From Eledone cirrhosa (lineage: Eukaryota): DNA of 64,000 bases. The stretch's first letter is position 1, and every line of letters begins with the position of its first letter. Below, one piece after another: positions 49,988 through 60,403 of this stretch. The position numbers and the translations under genes are program-made. Below the pieces are notes generated by a model that had not been told where the DNA came from, did no database searches, and saw nothing but the letters and a program-made list of their open reading frames with translations. Where the stretch lies: contig OZ024745.1 in assembly GCA_964016885.1 (NCBI GenBank), positions 127,224,001 to 127,288,000 of the forward strand, given 5' to 3'.

Positions 49988-50852
49988 CAGGATAGAACCA
50001 CTTTTAAATTAGTTAGACTATTACTGAATAGAGTACTCGATTCTTGGTATAGTAGAGTACAGCTATATTACAAAGAATCGGAGCCCGATGGCTGACCCCA
50101 ACCCTTTATTATATATATAATCATAGCCTGACTGGATTCTTGACATAGCATAAACCTCTCCTCGGTAGTCTTCCAAACCGTTCTGTCTTGTGTATTTCTT
50201 TTCACTTGATTCCATGTCATCCTTGCCATCTTCAATTCCCTTCTGTCGATCTCCGTCGTAGTGGTGATCCTCCGACATCCGATTTTCGTTTTCCCCTTTG
50301 GGTTCCAATTCATGGCTTGCTATGCTAAACATCCATTCTTAACACATGGCCTTGTTCACCAATGGGTTCTTAATTAGCTTTGTCTCAGCAGTATCACATA
50401 CACACACAAAAACTATCTATGAATTGGTACGTATTCAAATTGTTTATTTACTAAATCTTTGAATATAAAATTTCCAATTCCCCGTGAATTGTTAAGTAGA
50501 TCTAATCACTAATTAATTATCAGTTTTCTTTCACTAACTTGAAAAATGTTTAACTTTTTTTTTCTCTCGCTCTGATCATATATTTTAGTGCGTTGTGTTT
50601 GTGAGGTTTCTAGCAATAGTTAATTGCATTTGTTACATGTGTTTATATTTTCATTTTAAAAGAATTGTGAGCAATTTGTAACGTTATTTATGTATATACT
50701 TAAAACTTGATGAAATCCTGTTTTAACAAATAACTTAGATATATATATATATATAGTTCAAAACAAAGTTTAAAAATCACAAAATAGAAGTTAAACTTTA
50801 CCTTTGCCACTTTGGGCATTTTGGTTTTGCCTCCAGGAGTAATTTCGGCCAT
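28000..50852 (-). CDS. CRNKL1: Crooked neck-like protein 1 (Clf1/Syf3; HAT-repeat NTC splicing factor), complete, 16 exons, 701 aa
   Basis: All 16 exons join in frame (2106 nt including stop). Motifs include [82 protein letters not shown] and [13 protein letters not shown]. Confidence 0.97.
29213..29305 (-). CDS. CRNKL1: CRNKL1 exon 15
   Basis: [31 protein letters not shown]; tag|...|gtaagt. Confidence 0.93.
29983..30322 (-). mobile_element. Second copy of the CRE-like RLE retrotransposon fragment
   Basis: [35 protein letters not shown]; aligns to about 5580-5905. Confidence 0.8.
30861..31016 (-). CDS. CRNKL1: CRNKL1 exon 14
   Basis: [12 protein letters not shown]...[17 protein letters not shown]; tag|...|gtagga. 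Confidence 0.95.
31190..31570. repeat. About 82-bp degenerate minisatellite (4-5 copies) abutting the exon 13 donor
   Basis: Recurring cccttcaaacaatcttgacca...aaatttactagaattaaccct. Confidence 0.85.
31577..31771 (-). CDS. CRNKL1: CRNKL1 exon 13
   Basis: [41 protein letters not shown]...RTQHVK. Confidence 0.96.
32507..32653 (-). CDS. CRNKL1: CRNKL1 exon 12
   Basis: [49 protein letters not shown]. Confidence 0.96.
33489..33701 (-). CDS. CRNKL1: CRNKL1 exon 11
   Basis: [15 protein letters not shown]...[32 protein letters not shown]. Confidence 0.96.
34450..34654 (+). mobile_element. RTE-type LINE 3' end with (GAA)n tail
   Basis: [44 protein letters not shown]. Copies at about 51550-51815(+), 51816-52020(-), 53270-53480(-), 54550-54860(-) and 27455-27535(-). 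Confidence 0.75.
34663..34791 (-). CDS. CRNKL1: CRNKL1 exon 10
   Basis: [43 protein letters not shown]. Confidence 0.96.
35258..37141. repeat. 35-bp tandem satellite, about 54 copies, in CRNKL1 intron 9
   Basis: Unit ctcttttccaacagtcataacttcaaagttataaa, with no spacers. Confidence 0.97.
37350..37511 (-). CDS. CRNKL1: CRNKL1 exon 9
   Basis: [19 protein letters not shown]...[21 protein letters not shown]. Confidence 0.96.
38192..38503 (+). mobile_element. piggyBac-type MITE with an internal duplication
   Basis: TTAA TSD and family TIRs; the 3' segment is repeated. Confidence 0.8.
38626..38804 (-). CDS. CRNKL1: CRNKL1 exon 8 (follows the AC acceptor)
   Basis: aatcac|TT GTA TAT GTC CAT CCT; (F)[20 protein letters not shown]...[14 protein letters not shown]|gtgaga. 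Confidence 0.95.
38805..39966 (-). other. U12-type (minor spliceosome) AT-AC intron, CRNKL1 intron 7
   Basis: 5' site ATATCCTTT (39966-39958), branch TTCCTTGAC (38822-38814), 3' AC (38806-38805). Splicing restores the conserved IYER-F-VYVHP. Confidence 0.95.
39967..40089 (-). CDS. CRNKL1: CRNKL1 exon 7
   Basis: (A)[40 protein letters not shown] + T|atatcc. Confidence 0.95.
41450..41568 (-). CDS. CRNKL1: CRNKL1 exon 6
   Basis: [39 protein letters not shown]. Confidence 0.96.
41711..41794 (-). CDS. CRNKL1: CRNKL1 exon 5
   Basis: [27 protein letters not shown](K). Confidence 0.96.
41885..42700 (+). repeat. 115-bp tandem array (about 7 units) of an RTE/SINE-type 3' tail
   Basis: ctgtgacatg recurs at 42061, 42176, 42291, 42406 and 42521. 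Each unit contains aacccttgctagcagcgaaaatggatgttaaacgatgat. Confidence 0.9.
42723..42814 (-). CDS. CRNKL1: CRNKL1 exon 4
   Basis: [30 protein letters not shown](R). Confidence 0.96.
43464..44019 (+). mobile_element. Internally deleted Tc1-like transposon with a truncated transposase ORF (43654-43977)
   Basis: About 89-bp near-perfect TIRs CAGGGGTTGGACAAAATAATGGAAACACC..., [40 protein letters not shown] is a Tc1 HTH/GRPR region; the DDE domain is absent. Confidence 0.92.
44032..44896. mobile_element. pogo/Tigger-like MITE
   Basis: 24-bp perfect TIR CAGTCGAGTCCGCTTAAGAGTATA, TA TSD, multiple subterminal TAAGAGTATA repeats. Confidence 0.88.
45205..45267 (-). CDS. CRNKL1: CRNKL1 exon 3
   Basis: [21 protein letters not shown]. 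Confidence 0.95.
45378..45965 (+). repeat. 47-bp minisatellite (about 12 copies) inside a family C SINE
   Basis: Unit ggtagtgctggtaccacaacaaaaagcacctaatccccctataaagt, running into agggcatccagccatagaaa. Confidence 0.9.
47347..47436 (-). CDS. CRNKL1: CRNKL1 exon 2
   Basis: [30 protein letters not shown]. Confidence 0.96.
48178..48386 (+). mobile_element. piggyBac-type MITE inserted in a SINE head
   Basis: TTAA TSD; the flanks rejoin as the SINE sequence ...gttcaaaactcc-ttaa-ccactaggct. Another copy at 48808-49026. Confidence 0.85.
49634..49807. mobile_element. mariner-like MITE
   Basis: TA-CCGGGGTGCTGAAAAGTTCCTG...CAGGAATTTTCCAGTACCCCAG-TA. Confidence 0.7.
50125..50390 (-). mobile_element. 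RTE-type LINE 3' fragment
   Basis: [28 protein letters not shown] resembles the RTE C-terminal W.P.GKR..GRP / A.DR..W motifs. Confidence 0.7.
50802..50852 (-). CDS. CRNKL1: CRNKL1 exon 1 (start codon)
   Basis: ATG GCC GAA...GCA AAG|gtaaag; [17 protein letters not shown]. Confidence 0.92.
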
Positions 50853-51038
50853 AATTTCAAATTCTGTGTAAACAGAAATTTGCCGTTCTGGTGATATTTG
50901 ACTCTCCTGTCAAACAAGGGAGATAAACAAGCTGATTAAATTTCTTTACGGATGCTCATAAGTGAAATAAAATAGAATGAAGAATGCTGCTTTCTGGATC
51001 AAGCGCATGATTTTATTTATGCTTTATGGGAAATTACA

Positions 51039-51360
51039 TACTATCATGAGTCGAATAATCCCCCCCACCCTATTAATTTTTCAGATTTTTTCCGAATTTT
51101 GATAATCTATCTCCAGAAAAAATTTTCTTTATATATTAAAAAAAAACATTACACGTTACCAAAATAGTACATTACTTGAAATCCCATATGTTGTAAAATA
51201 AATAGGATGGATTGGGGGTCTCAATATGTAAACTAAACGACTAATTCTGGTTTTTAAAAAAAATCAACGTAGACAACTTCGAAAATTTACCGATTTTCCA
51301 TACCACCCCCACCCCACCCCCGCTTATACCAATTCTTCTATCATTTGGGACCTAAGAGTA
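51039..51360. mobile_element. MITE (TACTC...GAGTA family) about 190 bp upstream of the CRNKL1 ATG
   Basis: Imperfect TIRs; body homologous to 8027-8390 and, inverted, to 29490-29831. Confidence 0.65.
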
Positions 51361-54300
51361 GATAATTGCAGAGATCAGAATTTCTCAAAGAAGATAAGTA
51401 ATCTAGGAGCAGTAAGGTGAAACAACATCAACTTCAAATTGAACTTGTAATGAAGTCTTAGCTTTTGAGAAATATTACATTTTTTTTTTTTTTACATTTA
51501 CATGCTGAATCAACTATTGAAATAATATATAAATAGAATAATCATTTCTTCTTCTCCAAATTGAGAGATCACAGCTCCGATACTATGGGAATGTGGTTAG
51601 AATGTCTCAGGAAAGAATCACTGGATAGATCTTACAGACAAAATCAATCGGCAGGAGACCCAGGGGTAGACCTCGAGGAAGATTGTTGGATAACATTCAT
51701 GAGCTTGGCTGGTCTCGCTTGGGGAGATGGTTGCTTCTGACAGGACCTGCTGCAGGGAGTGTTTAGGGACTCTGCCTCCACGACCCTCTCATGAATAAGT
51801 GGGCGAAGAAGAAGATTTCTTCTTCTTCTTTTCCAACTTATTCCTCAGAGGGTTGTTGGGGCAGAGTCCCCAAACACTCCTTCCAGCAGGTCCTGTCAGA
51901 AGCAACCATCTCCAACTGGTCCAGCTGGATCCTTAAGCAAGACCTGCCAAGCCCATGAATGTTATCCAACCATCTTGCTCAAGATCTGCCTCTGGGTCAC
52001 CTGCCGGTTGGTTCTGTCCACTGATATGTTTATATATATATATTTTAAAATAATTTCTTTACTTTAAATATATTAGTACTTTTTCCCATTTCACCAGGAA
52101 TTTATATTCCTTTATAGAATATATTTTGGAAAAAAACAACAGCTATTAATTTATATAATCTAGAATGCAGCCATACTGGGGCATTGCCTTAAGTTTATGT
52201 CCTTGGTAGGATTAAAGGTTCCTTTCAGCTCTACATTTTTTTGTTTTTTATCACTAATCACTTTACAGAGTATCACTTTACTGTGTATAGTAATTCTAAT
52301 TTGAACACTCATTTTTTTCCTTACTGACAAGGGTTGAATGCAGGCCCGTAGCAAAGGGGATGCCAGGCATCCCCTATCAAAATCAAATTTAGTTTTGGCA
52401 TCCCCATCAAACAAGATTTTATTTTAAAAAATTAACACAACAGGTAAAGGCAAAATAAAACATTAATGACACAAAAATAAGCCTATATAAGACAATAACA
52501 CAATATTATACGGTTTGACTTGTATTTTGGACAAAGCATATATACAATATACATATATACAATATACATATATACAATATACATATACGAATATGAGGAG
52601 AGAGAATATACATACACATCTTATATCTTTCTATTTGTTTAAATATTTGCATGAGGTATCACATGTATACAGGACATATTTTATATAATTACCTATTATT
52701 AAATACCTGCATTCTTTTTCTAAAATTGTATTGTAAAAGTGAAACTAAAATTTCGTGAAAGTTGAAAGATATGTTTTTACATTATATGACTGCGCTGCGT
52801 CTGCAATAATAATGCTATACAGAATTGTATTAACATGTGGCTATAGTTTGTCAGTTGAATGCTTGTTTTCTGTTATGGCTCACATAGACTCACCACAAAA
52901 AAGAAGTCACCTTACAGAGAATGCAATTTGACATTCATCTCTTTCGAAAAAGATGAATGTGAAAAAATTAAATTTGAAGACTTTGCAAATTTAAAGAAAC
53001 CACGAAAACTATTTTTTTGACATTTCATTGTATAATGTGTCTTTGTTAGGAATAATATATATATTTTACTGAACAATATTTCTTTATTTTGTTTTGGTTC
53101 CCCATGTTTTAACATATATTCGAATGGCATTACCTGGCAGAAAACCTGACTACGGGTTTGGTTGAATGAGTCTACAGTATGATATATCTTGACTTCTATG
53201 ACTTCTATACATTTGTTAACTCACCTGAGAGACCTATCATCCTCAAATCAAACACAAAACTTCTTATGCCTTCTGCTTCTTCTTTTTTTAACCCCCATTT
53301 ATTCCTAAGAAAGTCATGGAGCAGAGCCTTCAGACACGCCTTCCAGAGGGTCCTTCTATTGGAAGTAACCATCACCAAGTGATCCTGCTAGATCCTCAAG
53401 CAATATCTATTGAGGTTATGGATGTTATTCAACAATGTTACATGTGGTCTACCTCTGGGTCTGCTCATAAAATCTGTCCTGAAAAATGAAAAAAATATGT
53501 AACTACTTGTAAAGCCTTCGTGTATAGAATGTTTTTGTCTTCAGATTTTGGAAAATAGTGAAATATCTGAATAATAATCCCTCCTCCCTGCTAAACACCC
53601 TTCTCAACTCATAGGATAAAGTGGGCTTTTCAGTCAAGTCAATGATTGACTACCTCCCTAGTGCTGATACCATGAAAAATGCACCCAATACACCCTGTAA
53701 AGTTGTTGTCATTGGTAAGAACATCCAGCCATAGAAAGCTTGCTAAACAATAGTTTGAGTTGTGTCAAGGGCACAATAAGGTCGCTAATGCTGGTTCCAT
53801 GATAAAATGCACCCAGTACACTCTGTAAAGTACAGCAACATATTTAAGAGAGGTGCAGGCCTCTAACCCATCTTAGAGGTCAGTTGTTTCAATTAAGTAC
53901 TGACGTGGTCTGTGACAACACATCCAACCCTTGCTAACACAAAGAACAGACATTAATGATGGCAATGGTTATGATGATGGTGAAGATGCTGATGATGACA
54001 ACAATAATGATGATGATGAAGACGATGATGATGATGATGATGGTGCAAGTAGATGAAATTAGCAAATGATCAGGATCTAATGACAAAATACAAAATGACT
54101 AAAATCATTAAGAGCAATGGTATTAGTTGGAATGAATTCTGTACAGGGTGGACCACATGAAGGCTGCTATCGCCCACTCCAAGCATGACCTCATCCAAGA
54201 CCCCACATCTAAACCAGCCAGTTTTTACTTTTCTAGAGAGCGATGTGTGTCCTTTAATCGGATCCACATAACACATGCCAGGACAACCTATCATCTAACC

Positions 54301-55190
54301 CATGCTAGCGTGGAAGAACGAACGTAAAACGGTGATGACGATGTTGATGATGAGCCCAGCATGTGACTGTGGGGACCCTGACCAGACTGTACTGCATATT
54401 GTTTGGGATTTCCCCCTCAGATGTTTCCCCAGTAGCCTGAAGGTAATCTATAATGCTTCAGTCTTAGTCTAGTTTGCCAGTCGCGACCTGCCTCTCTAAC
54501 TATTGTGCATATGTCATGTGACAAGAAGAAAATTAAGACAAACAATAATTCTTCTTCTTCACCCACATATTTCTGAGAGGGTAGTGGAGGCAGAGTCCTT
54601 AAACACTCCTTCCAGAGGGTTCTGTCAAAAGCAACTGTCACCAACTGATCCAGCTGGATCCCTAAGCAAGAGCAGCCAAGTTCATGGATGTTATCCAACC
54701 ATCTTGCTCAGAGTCAACCCCTGGGTCACCTGCCAGTTGGTTTTGTCTGTAAAATCTATTCAGCAATTCTATCCTTAGACAGATAGTCACACCAGGTAGA
54801 GCCACTACTTCTCCAAATTGAGAGACCACAGTTCCAATCCTATAGGCATGGATTTAGAACAATAATTCTACCTGCAAATAATTGGTGGGATCAGATCTCA
54901 TGATTCTCAGCATCATGAGCTTAGATGATAAAGACTAAACAAAATGGCAGATTGCTGTATGGCAAAGTCATCCATCCTCTGCCAGCATAGAAAAATGGAC
55001 TTGATATGATTACGAGAAGAAGGTTAATGATAAAATAGTTGCTAGATGTTAGCTGTAACCCTAAGTGAACAAATAAGTAGGAATAAAGAATTAGATTAGT
55101 CAGTACATTGAAAACAGATGTACAAGTCAATGAAATGGCATTAGCACATACCAGAACTAGTGTGCAATTAATCCAACATATCTGTTAAAC

Positions 55191-55480
55191 CATGGTCCCC
55201 AACCTTTTTTATTCCAAGGACCGGCTTCATGTTGTACAATCTTTCCACGGACCGGTAGTTGCACTTATGTGTTATTTAAGAGCATTTCGATAAAGAAAGC
55301 AATAATAAAAAGAGCAATTTATTAAAGTAGATCAATATTAATCATTTAAACAAATCTTTTAAAATTAAAGTCCCAAATTCAATTTATCTATTATATAATT
55401 TTAAACTATTTCTTTGTGGCCTAGTAGCAGATGATCCACGGACCGGTACCGGTCTGCGACCCTGTGGTTGGAGACCTCCG
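55191..55480. mobile_element. hAT (Charlie-type) MITE
   Basis: CATGGTCCCCAACC...GGTTGGAGACCTCCG with an exact 8-bp TSD TGTTAAAC (55183-55190 / 55481-55488). Confidence 0.85.
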
Positions 55481-55669
55481 TGTTAAACTGTCTCCAAGAC
55501 ATTTGTTAGACTGTCTCCAAGATAGTCTAACAAATATCAAAGAACTGTGTGGCCAACAAACACAAATGTAAAAGGATAACGTAAAGGTTGATATCATAAT
55601 GGACAGAAAGAAACATAGGCATGCTGTTGGGTTTTAAATGAAAGTAAACATTTTTTTCAAAGCAATTCC

Positions 55670-55790
55670 ACGAACCAAACCAATCATTAAAGACGAGCGA
55701 AATATTATGTCTTTTCGGTGGTTCTGTAGTTGGCGACTAACTAAAACGCGACTTCCGGTTTCCATTGATGGCAGACGTCACAGCAATGTG
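55670..55790 (+). promoter_or_regulatory. Candidate promoter/TSS of a downstream + strand gene
   Basis: Local CpG cluster with ACTTCCGG (ETS), GATGGC (YY1-like) and GACGTCA (CRE-like). Confidence 0.4.
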
Positions 55791-55901
55791 AGACAAACCC
55801 ATACACACTATACATGTAATATATATATATACACACATATATATATACATATACACACATACATAACAGAATTGCAGCTTCTTTCTTTCCAACAAACAAA
55901 T

Positions 55902-55942
55902 ATGAGTAACATTAAAATTGAAAAACTCTTCAATTTTCAAAG
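55902..55942 (+). CDS. Possible first coding exon of an unidentified gene (MSNIKIEKLFNFQ(R))
   Basis: ATG followed by AAAG|GTAATG just downstream of the candidate promoter. No homology recognised. Confidence 0.25.
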
Positions 55943-57423
55943 GTAATGTTCAGTATTTTTTTCGCGTAACTGAATTTGTTTGGTGTGTAATGTTTACTTT
56001 GTAATTTATATTATTTTCAGTCAAAACAAATAGTGGCATTTCGTTAGTTGGAGATCTACCGTTTGACGTATTTATATATATATATCATACATGCGATCAC
56101 CATTATTATTGTTACTATTTAGCATTATTAATATGCTTTCTCTTGTGTATATGTGATTATTTGCTTCGTTTCGTTCCATCATCAACTACCTTCAGTTATA
56201 AGCAAACGAAACCTGCTTGTAAGTTCTGGAAAATTCCTCAACGGAGTAAAAGTTCGGCAACCTAATGATAATTAGATAGTCAACATTAAGGCACCGGATT
56301 AAGTATATTTCATTAGTTTCGTCTCTCATGATTCCGAGTTCAAATCTCGTCTTCGTCGACTTCTGTATATGGTTTGCCCTGGGGGTCGATAAACAATGTC
56401 ACTATAGTTGTTGTTGTTGCTACGCTTCATGTCAGACTCGGACTATATTATCTAAAGTGCCTTGCCCCTTTTTTTTTAAAGATGGGAGAGTGTGGGTTGA
56501 ATATGTTTTGTCTGTTATTTCTAGCAGGTTGAGTGACCGCATAAATTCCCCATATTGACTCAGGGTTACTTCCAATAAATATGTTTTAATCAACGATTCA
56601 GTCTCGGTTATGAAAATAAAACTTGACTTTATTTCTAGTAAATAATAAATAATTTATAATACATATGTTTTGATAACATACAATATGCCTTGTTCGTAGA
56701 CACCACAATACATCGGTTTTGAAGGACATGTTTTATGAAAATGAGAATTCGATGATTTCTTTTTCAAGTGTATCATCCTTACGGGGTCGATGAAATAAAG
56801 TACCAGTAATGTACTGAGTAATTGCTGGCCTTGTGCCAAAAGTAGAAACAATAGCTGTTTCTACTTCTGGCACAGGGCCAGCAAATTGAATGGGGGCGAG
56901 GGGGGGGGGGGATCGATTAAATCGACCCCAGTCCGTTACTGGTACTTCATTTTATCGTCTATGTAAGGATGAAAGGCAAAGCTTAATCGCGGCGGGGTTT
57001 GAACTAAGAACGTATTAATCGGTAACTATATACCGCAAAGCTTGTTGTCCGACGCTCTACCAATCTGCCGTGCTATTGAAGTGAAGGGGGCCTCAGCTAG
57101 AATTCGAACCTGGACTTGATTTCGCTTCAACACGTATCAGAAAGCGGACGTGTGATTGATTTAATATATTAATCCTAATGACATGGTGTTTACCACACAC
57201 TTTTATTTTTATGTAATATATTGTATCATCAGTTTTTATTCACAGTTGTATAAATAACATTACGAATTGTTTATAATTCTTATAGAAGGAAAATATATAA
57301 ACACACTCACTCACTCACACACACAGACACACACACACCTATATATATATATATAAAATAAATACAATTAATTTTTGCTAGGAACATCAATTATGTCTCG
57401 TTATTTACTACTTGTAAATGTAT

Positions 57424-57466
<43 letters not shown>

Positions 57467-57498
57467 AGTGGAAGGGATATTTAATTTGTTGGAAATTC

Positions 57499-57553
<55 letters not shown>

Positions 57554-58199
57554 CCATTGTTCTGTTATTGTGAAGTGAATGAAATCTCCGTTAAAAAATC
57601 AACAAAAAGAACTTATAGACAAACACAACAGCTGGTAAGATCTTGCGTTGAAAATTGAAAAACTCAACTGAGATCATCAGAAACAAGCTGAGTGTATGAG
57701 CAACAATAATTCTGAGTATTACTAAGGACAGAGTTGGGGGTTATGAACAATTTCCGAAAGTCGATAGCCTGTCAATACTACAGGGAGCTATTTCTCGTTC
57801 AGTTGGTAGTCTTAATCCATCATCTGATGCCACATCACTGCCTGATGTTTGTGTACTTTTAGCAGGGTTCACTATGTTGCAAGCATTCAGATGAGGTCTC
57901 CTGTTTGTGGATAACTTCTTCCTATCAGCTTAATCGGAGGCCCTGCTGAAAAAAAGAAAAGTGTTGAGGGAAATGTACCTCCCTGAAAAAATCATTTTTT
58001 ACCAGCACAGAAGTGCCAACAGTCAAACCTTTTCAATGTGTCATAATCATCATTATCATCATCATCACTGTTTAACGTCCATTTTTCCACGCTAGCATGG
58101 GCTAAACGAGTTGTCCCATTGTGAGACATGCCAGGTCAGGTGGCCACATTTTGCTCGTACTGAATTGTTTCTGGCTTGGTTTCTATTACCACATTCAAC

Positions 58200-58795
58200 C
58201 ACATTTACAGTGTGTACTAGGTGATTTTTGTTGAGACACTTACACGACCATTTTATAGTGTGGGCTGGGTGTTTTTTGTCATGACACCTATACGACTGCT
58301 TTGCAGTGTGGGCTGGGTGTTTTTTGTTGTGACACCTACACAATCACTTTACAGTGTGGGCTGGGTGTTTTTTGTCATGACACCTATACGACTACTTTGC
58401 AGTGTGGGCTGGGTGTTTTTTGTCATGACACCTATACGACTACTTTGCAGTGTGGGCTGGGTGTTTTTTGTCATGACACCTATACGACTGCTTTGCAGTG
58501 TGGGCTGGGTGCTTTTTGTCATGACACCTATACGACTGCTTTGCAGTGTGGGCTGGGTGCTTTTTGTCATGACACCTATACGACTGCTTTGCAGTGTGGG
58601 CTGGGTGCTTTTTGTCATGACACCTATACGACTGCTTTGCAGTGTGGGCTGGGTGCTTTTTGTCATGACACCTACACAATCACTTTACAGTGTGGGCAGG
58701 GTGCTTTTTGTTGTGTCACATACACAACGACTTTACAGTGTGCATTGGATGCTTTTTATCGGGAGACCTACACAACCACTTTACAGTGTTGGCTG
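58200..58795 (-). repeat. 48-bp minisatellite (about 12 copies) inside a family C SINE
   Basis: Unit ctttgcagtgtgggctgggtgctttttgtcatgacacctatacgactg. Confidence 0.9.
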
Positions 58796-59767
58796 GGGAC
58801 TAGGGTGGGGGGGGGGTGGGTGCGGAGGCTTATTAAACTATCCAGCACACACTTGTAAAAATGACCAGGTGTTGCTGGCTTATCAGCATTAACTAGCTAC
58901 CTTGCTTTGGCAACAAAGTGCAACTGGCTTTCCTCTGTGTGGTGGCTATAGTGAAGGACATTGTGAGATGGATACAATTAAAAGGTTTGAGGATAGGGCC
59001 TGCCTTCTCTGGTTAAGTCCTTATCAACTTCTTCAAGCACCATTTGAGTCGAGTGAGGGTATTTTACAAAAGAATGTGTTCAGGCAGTTTGATTGACATA
59101 GCTAAATAGACTTTCTCTGAAAATGTGTTTATAAACAGATGACAAGGAACTGTGAGAGAATACTTTTGCATCAGAACAATCTGCGGCTGTTGCATGGAAT
59201 GTCTCAAATTACCCAAGGTGGTTTCCCTTTTATCAGGTTGATATTTTTTGTTGTTTATTGTTTTTTGTTGATTTTGCCTCATCATCATCATTTAATGTTA
59301 TTTTTCCAAAATCGCATGGGTTAGATGGGTTGTCACGTTATTAGACAAGTCGGGTCAGGTGACCACATCATACTCATATGGATCTGTATTTTGGCTTGGT
59401 TTCTACAGTTGGATGTCCTCCCTAACACCAACAGTGTTTTGTAATTTGGCTTGGTTTCTACAGTTGGATGCCCTTCCTAACACCAATAGTGTTTTGTATT
59501 TTGGCTTTGTATTGTCCTCAGTATCTAGGGCTCTTGTGGCCAACAAAAGAAATCATTATTATTATTATGATTTAAAAAGAGGACATTGAATTCACAGAAA
59601 CAGTAGATTGACTTATTTAATGCTGGAAAGTATTTCATTTTGTTCCTTTATGTTTATATTCTACTGCAACTAACTTTATTCCTTTATGTTTATATTCTAC
59701 TGCAACTAACTTTGTTTTAATTCATCCATGGTCAATAGAATAACTACCTGTCTTGTACTTAGTTAAT

Positions 59768-60170
59768 ATCATCATCATTGTCATTTTAATGGACGCTTTC
59801 CCTGTTAGCAAGGGTTGGATGGATCCATGCAGACCAAATCAGTTCTGAAGCGTAGCCAACGATCTCGCAAGCAGGCCATGGATCTGTGCCTTGCTTATCT
59901 ATGGTCACATGTTTCATTGAGTGCTTAAGAGAGGTTGTCATGCCTTTGACTCTGCTCTCCACAGGATTTCCTCGTTTCGCACTCAGTCGCGCCAGGACAC
60001 ATACACGATCCTTCGCAGGCACCGCTGCTGCAATTTGTTCAGCCGTCTCTATCTTTGCCATGCTCTTCCAGGTTTCGCTCGCATAAAGCACTGTCAGCAA
60101 CACGATGCTCTTGTACAGGGGCAGCTTGATCCTGGTGCTGATGCATGAAGACGACCAGATTGGGTGCACC
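59768..60170 (-). mobile_element. RTE-clade LINE fragment joined to a (GAT)n tail
   Basis: IWSSSCISTRIKLPLYKSIVLLTVLYASETWK. Confidence 0.75.
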
Positions 60171-60217
60171 CATATATATATACATACATACATATATATA
60201 TATATATGTGTAGAAGA

Positions 60218-60351
60218 CATATTTAATTTGTTGGAAATCCAACAAATGTAGATATTTACAACTGATTCAAAGCACTCGACAGATTTCTGGAGTAAGTATT
60301 CAATGATATTAAATAAATGGAAACTATATATAGTTTCCATTTATTTAATAT

Positions 60352-60356
<5 letters not shown>
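60218..60356. mobile_element. Sibling of the 17.5-kb palindromic element lacking the hammerhead centre
   Basis: Same leader (atttaatttgttgg..ccaacaa..actgat..aaagcactc..ctggagtaa), then a perfect 56-bp palindrome at 60301-60356, then (TA)n. Confidence 0.7.

Positions 60357-60403
<47 letters not shown>

Noticed and set aside
57085-57155. Minus-strand GGTTCGAATTC T-loop as a tRNA gene
   Set aside because: No convincing D-arm or acceptor stem; more likely a SINE-head remnant.
57555-58030. Non-repetitive, higher-GC segment as an exon of the putative third gene
   Set aside because: The frames I checked have stops, I recognised no domain, and there is no clear splice pair. Possibly an old TE fragment.
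58221-58892. 223-aa repetitive ORF
   Set aside because: Translation of the 48-bp SINE-derived minisatellite.
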